A stretch of DNA of 62,933 bases, counting the filler, from Pelomyxa schiedti (taxonomy: Eukaryota; Protista; Evosea): NCBI GenBank assembly GCA_020536535.1. It is 8 parts of 8 records of this genome, joined end to end, with 100 filler letters (N's around TTAATTAATTAA, not from the genome) between each part and the next. Parts side by side here need not be neighbours in the genome. Positions count along the whole stretch, not along the records: positions 1 to 9,620 come from JAHLWZ010001289.1; positions 9,721 to 22,018 come from JAHLWZ010000338.1; 6 more parts are not named here. One strand, 5' to 3'. The position numbers and the translations under genes were made by a program. A model generated the notes under the pieces. It was not told where the DNA came from. It saw only the letters and a program-made list of their open reading frames with translations, and did no database searches. Below are positions 1-10,280 of this stretch, one piece after another. How positions within the stretch are numbered: the first letter of the stretch is position 1; each line of letters starts with the position of its first letter.

Positions 1-15
1 TTTCTTGTGGTTAAC

Positions 16-178
16 CCAGGGCGGTGATTTTACTGACTGGCTTATGTGCTCAACCACCGCCCAGGGCGGTGATCTGATTTGACTGCAAAAAGTGCATCAT
101 CACCGCCCAAAATCACCGCCCAGGCGGTGATTTTGGGCGGTGATGATACACTTTTTGTAGGGAAAAAAATCACCGCCC
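16..178. repeat. Array of 8 CACCGCC/GGCGGTG motifs containing a 37-bp near-perfect inverted repeat (84-120 / 123-159)
   Basis: tgcaaaaagtgcatcatcaccgcccaaaatcaccgcc-ca-ggcggtgattttgggcggtgatgatacactttttgta; the arms differ at 2 positions. Confidence 0.85.
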
Positions 179-278
179 ATTGATCCAGATATGAACTGGC
201 CAAAAGGTATCACTACTTGACACAAAGACCCTCAAGGGGGAAGAGTGGTGCGACGCATGCAGCAATGGAGAATGGCTT

Positions 279-996
279 GTGATATCTGACACACATCGCA
301 GAAAAGGCTGGAAACTTATCATAATTGAACTCCCAAAGAAGATCCAAGGCGCAACAGGTTCGCAGCCAATGACGGCACTCAAGAAACCAACGGTCGTGTC
401 ACTCGACAGCATCAAAAAGAAGGGTGTCTCCACTGTTCCTGAGTTTATTAGTGGCATTGGAAACATACTCTTGGTGCGTCAGTCCGCTGGCAGGTTTTTC
501 AGGCTTGTTCTCGTTGACCTTGTGCAAACCATTTCATCATGCAAAATGGTTGTTCTGAGCTCAACTGTTCCACAAAAATACATGCAGGCAATCTGGTTCA
601 AGTTCTTTGATTCTGAGGAATTTCACCTTTGATTTTGAAGCATGCGTTGAAATTGAGGAGGGAACCGGCAAAGTGCATCACCTTTTTAATGCAAAGGACA
701 GCTGGGGTGTTGCACAACTGGATGAGTCACACCTCTGTTCTTTTGATAATCACAACTGCTATGATGTGTGGGATGTCAGTGAGCCTGGGAAACCACAGTG
801 CCAAGAAAGAAAGCCACTTGTCCCTGGTTGCTCAAGTGAAAAAGCATTCCTCGAGGGTGGTCTTGTGTTCCAAATGAGTGAGTCCATGAATGAATTGCAC
901 GTCACTGATGAGCATTCTGGTGCTCATGTCATCACCTTCCAGTTGTTCTGCCCAATTTACTTCTACACCAGACCCCCGTTTTCCTTCCTTCTTTGA
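279..996 (+). pseudogene. Lineage-specific beta-rich protein, partial or frameshifted near 620
   Basis: Overlapping ORFs 279-632 and 607-996 join if one T is removed at gaggaatttcacc; the C-terminal CYDVWDVSEPGKP resembles the LEVWDCNNPTK segment of the 3834-5120 protein. Confidence 0.4.
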
Positions 997-1275
997 AATG
1001 GGCAACCAAAACACCAAGTGTTGCAAATGCAGAATCCCCCCTCAAGAGGTTATCGTCCTCCTGACCTTCATTAACGGGTGAACTCATAATACCCAACCGA
1101 ATGATTCAAAGTTATTTATTATTATCCTCCTTCTTCGTTATTCACAAACTTAGAGGCCCCAACGGCGGCATTCAATGAAACAGGTTGTTGTGAACAACCA
1201 AACGTGAATTCGCCGCGGAACCCAAACCAAGTACCCATTGATTCATCATTGCTTCGATTTCCACTAAACAATCAA

Positions 1276-3631
1276 ATGGGCAACCAAACAACATCCCGCT
1301 CTAGAAAGAAAGGAAAACCGCGGCGTTGCAACCAATCCACTTCCACTTCAAAAACACAGGAAACAGCAGTAGCGTGGCCCACAATAACACACCCAGCGTG
1401 GGTCCCAACGACCAGGAAAGAGGACATCGAGTCCTCCTCCTCCGACTCTGAGGACGAGGCGGACCGGATGGACCAGTGCCGGGTGGCCAGGAACCGGGCA
1501 ATCGCGGTCATCCTCCAGCTGCAGAAGCCCCCGCTGGCCGCCCCCAACCCCCACAGCATGGCCTCGTACTGCTGCGGCCTGCTGCGTTGCCAGACGGGGC
1601 CGCGGCCACTCCCTCCTTATGGGCCCCTACTACGGCAGGACCCACGGGCCGTGCCCGGGGGAGACGCGGCCGCCCCCGCCCCTGCCCCTGCCCCTGCCCC
1701 TGCCGGCGCCGCCGGACTACGCGGAAGACGCGGGGGAAGTGGACGCGGTGATGGAGGGGGTGATGAGGGGGTTCGATATGAGGAGGCCAGAGGTAAATGA
1801 CAAGACGATTGGGTGCCATTGGAAGGAGCCAGAGTGCATGAGACCACACACTGAGGGGCTCCCTCCTTTGATAGTGTGTATGCCGTGCAAGTGCTTATGT
1901 ATTTATACATATTCACCGTTGTATGTTTTTGCATAGCAGAATAATTTTTTATTATGGTTGTGCTTTTGAATGAATTGTGCCTGGTGTTTTTTGGATCGCG
2001 TAATATCTAATTGCAGGTCAACACAGGAAACAGAAATACAGTGCGTGGAAAACAGGATCAAGTGGTTCCGGCAAAGAAAATGCGTTGGGTGGGCCAGGGG
2101 ACTCATGGCTTCAGGTCAGCGTTTCATTCTTCTTTCAAATGCGTGCAAGCACGCGTGGTCAGAGTGGTTCCCAAAAGAAACTCGTGTGTTGATGAAAGCT
2201 TTTCCCGCTTGGAAATTGATACTCAGTGAGTGTTCCTTTGCTCTCTTCCTAATCTCATTTAACCACAAACCAGGGTCATGCAAAACAACCGCATCACGAT
2301 CAATTGCGTTTCTGTGTGGTGCCCACCCACGTGCCGGGAAGGACAGCCCACTGTTTATCCTTGGACCTGACATTCTCGCGAGCATTCTTCTGCTTGGCAG
2401 AGGGTTCAACGGTTCTGGCGTTGATGGGTTACAGAGGGAGCCCAGGCAAACCGAATTTGAGGCGTCTTTGATGGCATGTTCTCCTTGGGACAATATGCAT
2501 AAGTGGCCATCTTCAGGGGATAAAATACCGGTGTTGGCATTTGGAAACTTCAACCCTCTTGAGTATCAGTGTGGAATGGCCTTCTACACTGGTATTTACC
2601 TGTTTGGAATATTACTGGCTCAGATTTTACACAGTTCTCTCAGCGTACACACTTTTGTATGAACTTGGACCATGGGTTCCTCTTGATGACTTTGTGACCG
2701 CTGTTGGTAGCACCCACTTCATTCCTTTTCTTATCACTCACAACAGTTTTCTCCAGAGATTGGAAATACTGCGAACCTCCAATGCTTTTCGTTTTTCAGA
2801 AGTGGGGCATACTTTCACACACCACAAGAAAGATTCATGGCCATCAGGTTGCACCAAACTTTATTTGGCTCCTTGACTAAAACGGAGGAATCGAAGGTCA
2901 TCACCTCCTTAGACGCTTATTACCTATATATTAAGAGATTTATCACACAACTGACACACCAACCGACAGTTCTGCAAGTGCTTCACTGGCGATGGCTTTG
3001 TCGCAATGGCAGGTGCACACAAAAAGTATGCTACCTTCACCATTCCACAATCAATAACAACACACACAGACGTGTGAGAGACATCAATATCGGGGACTGG
3101 GTCAAAACCGAATCGGGAATCAAGAGAGTCGTCAAAATTGAGAAGAAAGTGGTGGACCGAGTACTGTCAATGTGCAATGTCTCTGGTGTTTGGTTGACTC
3201 CAGGTCATCCTGTTTTCATGGTGTGTCCCCCTATTATTTTCCCACGGACACAAGTCATGCAAACACTGACACAACAAACCAACACTTCCACAGGATGGAA
3301 TGTGGAAGCACCCGTTTGAGATCACCAGAGTGAGAACAGTGATTGTTGATGAACTGTTCAACTTTGAACTGTCAGGTGGCCCAATGTCACCTGACCACTC
3401 TGTGTTCATCAACGGTCTCCTGGTAAATGATTTCATTCATCATTTTATCTCCTCAGTGTTATCATCACGCAGGTGTGCACACTGGGGAAAGACTGTGGGA
3501 AGAGGATTGTGGGAGGGTGGCCAAAGGCCGACCAACTGGCTGGAACCGGTTATTGGAGAAACGGTTCTTCCTCTTGGTCTCGTTCCCTCCTCAGTGCAGG
3601 TTGTGCTGAAATTATAACGCAACAAGTGTGA
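1276..3631 (+). CDS. Multi-exon protein with HPRAG motif and C-terminal Vint-type Hint domain (paralog 1; apparent frameshift near 1610)
   Basis: MGNQT start; spliced C-terminus CFTGDGFVAMA...VRDINIGDWVKT...WLTPGHPVF...LFNFEL...HSVFINGLLVCTLG; colinear with 5213-7633. Confidence 0.75.
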
Positions 3632-3833
3632 CGACAGAGAAACGGTCGGGACTTGGGGTAAAATGCCAAAACGACAGTGTGGGCAACACATTGTTCACAT
3701 GTTTCTTGTTGTCACAGAGGAAACCAGTGTTTTTTGTATTTTACCCCAAGTCCCGTTGTAGCGCATCCAGAGCGAAAAAAGTTGTGGAGATCCTCATCAC
3801 TTCTCCTCAGAATGAAAATTATTTTGTTCGACG

Positions 3834-5120
3834 TCACAGGTAGAAGGAGAAAGGGTTTGTGACTGTGTGGCTGTGATCTAGCGATTTGGGATCACCGTCA
3901 CTGCTGATTGAGTGATGGAGAACTCCAACCGTGCAACCTGACTTGTAATCAGTGACTGTGACACAGCCATCCCGAATGTGGAAGAGGAGCCCAGAGTGAG
4001 CACTCACCAGCCAGCAGCAGTGACTGCAGTCAACAACACTCATTGCCTTTGTGGGGTTATTGCAGTCCCACACCTCCAGTGTGTTGGGTGAGAGTGTCAC
4101 GCAATACAGCCTCTCACTCATCTGTGAGAGTGTTTGGAACTGTCTTCCCTCTGTGTTGTATTCTGACATGTGAACCCTGTTTGGGCCAGATGCCTCTGTG
4201 AACTGAAAGATCACGGGGCCGCTGGAGGGAAGGAGGAGAGCAATGAAGGCACGCCCGCTTGACTCTGTCTTCAGAACAAGAACCATTGCAAGTGGGCACC
4301 ACAACAGCAGGTCATCATCGGGGAGCAAGTACTCAGCATAGAAGATTGGTGAGAAGGAGCCGGTGGACCAGACATGAGGCAGGTTGAAAATGCTCACTCT
4401 CAGTGTGGTTGTCTCGTCGAGGAAAACGACTTCATCTTCATTGCACTGGTTCATGGAACAGTTCCCACCTATCAGCCACTGGGAAGGTAATTGAATAAAT
4501 TTGGCTGTTGGAGGCTCTGCCAACAGGTTCGCAACACAAGCTTCCTCTTGGCAGAAGTCAACAGCAACTAGCCACTTATGGTTGACACATTCCGAACAAA
4601 AAGAGGACCACCTGGCAATCAGGTTGCCATCCCCGTTCACAGAACCATTCTCAGCCCTCCTGTACGAACAGAATTCGACCCGGTCACCAGACACAGGCCA
4701 CGTTCTGCGAATGGCGAAGATCTGATTTGCCCCAACCCATTTGTCGAGGGGGCCCCCTTCCACGTGGGCCTTTGATTGCCACCAGCCAGTGTGCTTGGTG
4801 ACTACGCCAAGGGTGTGCATTGACACTGCGAACGTGAACAACGCTGATGGGACATTGGAACTGGGACCTGACCACACACTCGCGCTGATGAACTTCACAC
4901 ACCCGCCACCGCCACCGCCACCGCCAGCGCCGCAGCATCCCACAATCCATTCCCACACAGTCCTCACGGCAAGCCACAAGTCAGCGCTGGTCGGAATGGT
5001 CGAACTGGAGATCCCAGAATTTCGGCGCAGGCACCCACAACGCGGGTGTGTTGTCATCAACAGGGCCAGAAACTGTGACACAAGAGTCGCAACAGGTGTG
5101 AACTTCGTGTTTGTGTCCAT
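3834..5120 (-). CDS. Single-exon lineage-specific protein with N-terminal QFLALL..HPRCG motif and beta-rich C-terminus
   Basis: ATG at 5120 inside the long ORF 3834-5762; MDTNTKFTPVATLVSQFLALLMTTHPRCG...; about 428 aa. Confidence 0.75.
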   Translation of the reverse strand: MDTNTKFTPVATLVSQFLALLMTTHPRCGCLRRNSGISSSTIPTSADLWLAVRTVWEWIVGCCGAGGGGGGGGCVKFISASVWSGPSSNVPSALFTFAVSMHTLGVVTKHTGWWQSKAHVEGGPLDKWVGANQIFAIRRTWPVSGDRVEFCSYRRAENGSVNGDGNLIARWSSFCSECVNHKWLVAVDFCQEEACVANLLAEPPTAKFIQLPSQWLIGGNCSMNQCNEDEVVFLDETTTLRVSIFNLPHVWSTGSFSPIFYAEYLLPDDDLLLWCPLAMVLVLKTESSGRAFIALLLPSSGPVIFQFTEASGPNRVHMSEYNTEGRQFQTLSQMSERLYCVTLSPNTLEVWDCNNPTKAMSVVDCSHCCWLVSAHSGLLFHIRDGCVTVTDYKSGCTVGVLHHSISSDGDPKSLDHSHTVTNPFSFYL

Positions 5121-5212
5121 GTAACTGCTTGATTTTAAAATATTAGTTTTTTCCCAAGTGATGCCCCCTTCCATTCGCATAAGACGCCGGAGGGAGAAAC
5201 GCCAAACAAACC

Positions 5213-6511
5213 ATGTCGCGTCAGGAAACTGAACCACAAGCCGCCCCGCAGGCACCCATAAGTCGCAACGTGTGGGCGGAAGGTTGCAACTTCGAAGGGG
5301 TGTCGGGCCACACGTTGCTATTCCACGACGCGCAACGGAACGAGCTATGGGACAAGAAGAAACTCGCCATAGCAAGAATCGTCGAGGCCGGCGAGAAGAA
5401 AGGAGACAACCCCGACGTACCAGGCGTGTCGTACTCGGCCATGATGCCAAACCCAGACAACATGCGGGCGTACACCGAAGACTGGCTGAGGAAGCAGACC
5501 GTCGACCGCCAGGCGCTGATGAGGGGCCCTTACCACTGCTCGTGGGGTGCCCCGTGCCGCCGCTGGCGCACCCGAAATCGGAGGCAGGCGTACCCGGATC
5601 TGCCCGAGGATATCCTCCCGGCGATCCCAAAGAAGGTCGACGCGGAACTGCTGGAGCAGGAGCAGAAGGCTCAGGGCGGCGAGGAGGAAGCACGCAGGAC
5701 GAGGGAAACGCTGCAGGGCGTGATGATGGGATTCGACATGAAGAGGCCGGCTGTGGCGTCAACTAGGAGCTACTCGTACACTTGTGAACCTGAATGCAGG
5801 AGGCCCTGCACCTCTGGGTTGCCTCCTCTCAATGTGTGTTATGTGTTGGTGAACAATATACTTATCATATATATATAGATAAATATATCTAGATATTAAT
5901 ATTATTAATATAATATAACGTTGTTGGCACAGGAGGAACAAATCCGGTGCGTGGAAAACATAATCAAGTGGTTCAGGCAGCGGAGGTGTATTTCGTGGGC
6001 AAGGGGACTCATGGCAGCCGGTTGCACCCGCACATTGGTTTCAACAGCTTGCAATCAAGCATGGTCCGAGTGGTATTCAGAGCCCGTCTGTGCCACGCTG
6101 AAGTCTACTCCAACATGGAAACTGATACAAAGTGCGATCCTCTTTCTTGATTGATTTTGGCTCACTCTCCCGGATTTAATAAAAAAAACCACAGGGTCAT
6201 GCAATTTCGTTGCCCAGAAATGTATCTCATTCCTGTGTGGTGCACACCCTCGTGCTGGGAAGAACAGCCCTCTTTCCATTCTTGGAGTTGACGTTTTGAG
6301 GCACATATTGATGCTATTTGGCCGATTCAGATTCAACTGCGACTTGGATGGCATGTTCAGAGAGCCACCGCCAACTGAATTTGAGAATGCCCTCAATACC
6401 TTTCGTCACCAGTGGCCTCCAGCAAGCAAACTTCCGATATGCGCATTTGGAAACTTTGACACAGAGCTGACCGAATCTCACATTGCACTGAACTCCTGTG
6501 CGTATGCGTGC

Positions 6512-6584
<73 letters not shown>

Positions 6585-7633
6585 ACTTATGCTTGCACCG
6601 ATACAAAGTGGTTTTTGCGTACACCCTTGTTTATGAATTCGGACCGTGGATATCCCTGGACGATTTTGTCTCCGCTGTTGGTTTGGCATCCTTTCCTTCT
6701 CCCAATTATTTATTCCTTTTTTTCAGAGGCCGGAAGTGTTGGAGACCTTCGGTGTTTCGCATTTCTGAGAGTTGGAGCCTACGCACGCACTCCTCAAGAG
6801 AGATTCATGGCAATCAGGCTTTATGAGACCTTGTTTGGTGTTCTTCCTGCATCTGAAGAGTCCAAGGTTTGCATCCCTTGCTTGCCGGCACGATGATTTA
6901 ATCTGTCACCCTTTGATAGTTTCACAAGTGTTTCACTGGTGATGGCTTTGTGCAGATGGCAGACAACTCTCTCAGGCAAGTGTATTATATTACATGCCGC
7001 ATATATATTTCCTAACATCTCTACAGGCGTGTGCGCGATGTCTGCGTTGGGGATTACGTGAAGACCGAATCGGGAATGAAAAGAATATGCCGGGTCGAGA
7101 GAAAGACCATCAATGACACAATTCCGATGTGTGAAGTCTCTGGCGTTTGGTTGACTCCCGGACATCCGGTTTTCGTGGTACTTTTCTTCACCTTCCATCA
7201 CAACCGAAGTCAAAAAAAAAAACCTCTCTCAAACACTCACAACTACAGGTGAAAGGGTGGCACTAATATGTTAACATAATTAATACAGGACGGAACATGG
7301 CAACACCCGTTTGAGATCACCACAGTGAGAACAGTGATTGTTGATGAACTGTTCAACTTTGAACTGTCAGGTGGCCCAATGTCACCTGACCACTCTGTGT
7401 TCATCAATGGTCTCCTGGTAAATGATTTCATTTATCATTTTATCTCTCTCCTCAACTTGCTATTCACCGCAAACCCACAACACACGCAGGTGTGCACGCT
7501 CGGGAAAGACTGTGGGAAGAGGATTGTGGGAGGGTGGCCAAAGGCTGACCAACTGGCTGGAACCGGTTATTGGAGAAACGGTTCTTCCTCTTGGTCTCGT
7601 TCCCTCGATTGGTTGCTGTTGACATCTGCCTAG
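5213..7633 (+). CDS. Multi-exon protein with HPRAG motif and C-terminal Vint-type Hint domain (paralog 2)
   Basis: Continuous spliced frame; Hint Cys1 at 6929 (K-CFTGDGFVQMADNS), TPGH block B, LFNFEL, HSVFINGLLVCTLGKDCG. Confidence 0.8.
6514..6581. repeat. (TA)n microsatellite in an intron
   Basis: About 33 TA units; source of the YIYIYI ORFs. Confidence 0.95.
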
Positions 7634-7811
7634 CTGGTGCTCTGCATGCATAATAGACAAGGTATAACATTCTTATGTCTTCAGGCGCTCATCAATTTGA
7701 TTTCAATAATAGACCATAAGTTTGTTGGGGCAGATTTTCGGATCTGGAAAATCGGGCCGCTGCAGTAACGATTGGGTGCAAAGAATGGCGAGTCACTACA
7801 TCGACAAACTT

Positions 7812-7897
7812 GTTAAGTCCTATTATCGAAAGATTCGGGGGTTCGAATCCTCCTGCTTTGGGCAACCTGAGCATGGCCGAGTGGTTAAGGCGGTAGA
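7812..7897 (+). tRNA. Candidate circularly permuted tRNA-Leu(UAA)-like gene (3' half 7812-7861, 5' half 7867-7897)
   Basis: TTAAGT-CCTAT, variable arm ATC-GAAA-GAT, T-arm GGGGG-TTCGAAT-CCTCC and acceptor strand TGCTTTG precede CTGAGCA-TGGCCGAGTGGTTAAGGC-G-GTAGA. Confidence 0.65.
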
Positions 7898-8014
7898 AAA
7901 GTATTTTGTGACTGCTGCATTCACCCTTCCTTGTTTTTTTCTCCCCCTTCACTTCAAACTACTCCCGACGAGTCCTCAACACGACTGAAGAACCAAATCT
8001 TTAATCTTTTGTTG

Positions 8015-9542
8015 ATGGGGTCAACGTCGTCGACGAAAAACGAAACGCACGCTCCTTCGGTCATTAAGGGCACAGGCACAGTTACACAACCGCCATTTGC
8101 AGAAGCCACCTCACGTAGCCATTATGCCAGAGACCCCAGTGCGCCGCGCAAGGGAATTGTGGGAGGTGGTTACAATGACAAGTGGTTGATGCACAAGTTC
8201 AACAGGGGGAGGGTGTTTGCTATTTTATGCAGCTGTGGATCCACGTGTGGGGCCGGGACCCCTCAGGGAATGAGGGATGTGATGTGCATGTCACATTTGC
8301 TCCGGCACATATTTTGGATGCTGGAAGCTCACTCGCCTTGGTCGCACGAGTATCTGGGAAGGCCAAAAGCGGCTGTGATGGTTTGGAGTTGGGTGAAAAA
8401 TACAATGAACGATGGCAGGTCACACATCATGGCTGTCACTAGGGCGAGGAACGACGACTGTCAGGAGGAGGAAGAAGGAGGGTGGAGGATTGTTGAACTT
8501 GTGAAAAGGCCAGGTGTGTTGCGTAATTATATTCCCTTTTTTTCGTTTCCTCCTGATCTTCCTGCAATAGCGACTCATTCAGGGTGGATGTTGACGATAG
8601 GTGATCCGCAGTCCCCATTGTGTGGGCTGTTTCCCTCTTCTTTTTACTCTCAATTAATGCTGTCCTACAGAACTTTATGGGCCAGATCAACAGAAAAACC
8701 TTATAACATAGTCAACCTTGAGAAGTTTCTTGTGAAATGCTTCCCACCAGGCTTCTTCGACATTACATCGTGGGCAAGTGTGACATACGCGGACCAGAAC
8801 ATTCCGTAACGGTTTCCCTCATATTTTCCTCAACCTGACCTATAAGATGTGAAGTGAAGGGGATGAAGTCTCTGTATGTTGCTTTGGCAAGAACGCAGCA
8901 ACACTTCTACGCTTCAACATTGCAAAACCAGTTGATGAGTCTTCTCCCACATTCACCAGAATGACGTGGAGACTGCCCAAAGAGGAAAAGCACACATTGA
9001 CTTCCCCGGGGTCATTCCTGGCTGCAGGACTTGTCCTTCCCCTGTGTTGCAGCAACACCGGTTACCTTTGCTTCATTGACACAACCACTGGGGAGAAGAT
9101 AGGGGAGATACCACACATCAACCCAACGTGCATTGCACCAGTCAGTGATAACCTGTTTGTCATCAGCTGCCTGGAATCCTTCAGCCTTATGAACCTCGAG
9201 CACTTGAGGGAAGGTCCCTTGTGGACCATCCATTCACCAGAAGTGGCTTCCCTCACATACCTTGATGGTCACATCCTCGTGGGTGAGGGTGAATTCTCTG
9301 GTGCCAAAGTGACAGTTTACACGAAGAAGGGGAACAAGGTCAAGACACTCACAAACCCTCCTGGTAAATGCATCATTGGCCACTTTGAAAACGAACGAAA
9401 ACACACTGGCAATTAACTGCCTAGTAATAATTTACACTAAAATCTTATAAACACCACAGCCCAAGGAATCCTCCAAGCAGCAAACAACAGGATCCAGCTA
9501 GTCACACACCACGACGATTACCAGAAAACTACGAAACAATAA
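8015..9542 (+). CDS. Lineage-specific multi-exon protein (MGSTSS start, degenerate HPRCG-type motif, beta-rich C-terminus)
   Basis: ORFs 7931-8809 and 8961-9416 joinable via GT-AG introns; last exon ends TAA at 9540-9542. Confidence 0.55.
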
Positions 9543-9720
9543 AAAGATCATAATCATTCGGGTCGTCAAATGATCTCCGACTTGTTTGGGGGCGTGGATG
9601 ACGATGACGACATCCCGGCANNNNNNNNNNNNNNNNNNNNNNNNNNNNNNNNNNNNNNNNNNNNTTAATTAATTAANNNNNNNNNNNNNNNNNNNNNNNN
9701 NNNNNNNNNNNNNNNNNNNN

Positions 9721-9986
9721 AGGCAGGCAACTACCTTTTGTACGGACGCAGGGGTGTGACACGATTTAATTTCCTTTCCCAAGAGTGCCTTCCCGCCCCA
9801 CTTTTCGTACACCTGCGCCAATTGTATGTCAAGTTAGATGATGTGTAGTAATTCGAGCAACTCAGGTACCACGGCAGCCGCATTGTTGAGGTACTTGACG
9901 ACCATGTCCCTGTCCGTAACCATCACTGAAGCCCCCAGCTCATCTGCCCAGCAGTATTCCCCCGATACGGCACTCGTCGACGCCAT
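9721..9986 (-). CDS. Stand-alone PAS-domain gene, duplicate copy truncated by the contig start (exons 1-2)
   Basis: MASTSAVSGEYCWADELGASVMVTDRDMVVKYLNNAAAV|VYEKWGGKALLGKEIKSCH; near-identical to 17146-17407. Confidence 0.75.
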
Positions 9987-10098
9987 CGTGCGTTCCCTAT
10001 TTTGAAAACAGTATTTCGAAAAACTTTTCCGAGAAACTCATTTTTTTCAGAGGGTGGAGCTCTACTGCTTGGTAGCCTGTTCGGGACAGATTGTTGGA

Positions 10099-10156
10099 GG
10101 TTTCGTAGTGCAACTGGTAGCACTTGAGGTCCTGGGATCGACACCCAGCGGAACCA
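10099..10156 (+). pseudogene. tRNA-Val copy lacking the anticodon arm (15-nt deletion)
   Basis: Identical to 17535-17607 except for loss of GTAAGTTTTACACAC between CAC microhomologies. Confidence 0.85.
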
Positions 10157-10280
10157 ACCTTTTTTCCTTCTTCCTAGGAAGAAGGTCATTATTGTGAGGT
10201 ACTTTTCTCCTATGGTTTTTACAGAGCTTGATTAGATGTTACGTGTTTGGTGTTGTGTTACTTAGCGGGGAGATTGGCTA

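Noticed and set aside
95-145. ATCACCGCC similarity to the lambda operator half-site, or a CRISPR-like array
   Set aside because: No phage or cas context, no regular spacers, eukaryotic locus
620-640. TGA codons suggesting UGA read-through or code reassignment
   Set aside because: A single-base frameshift explains them, and TGA terminates several genes here (kinase, RNF170-like, TRAPPC4)
5121-5762. 5' extension of the 642-aa minus-strand ORF overlapping the Hint paralog
   Set aside because: Antisense shadow of a GC-rich exon; the family motif starts just after the ATG at 5120
9621-9720. N-flanked TTAATTAATTAA motif (also ~22063, 27164, 44916, 48358, 49658, 61793)
   Set aside because: Artificial all-frame-stop contig spacer; genes across it are not real neighbours
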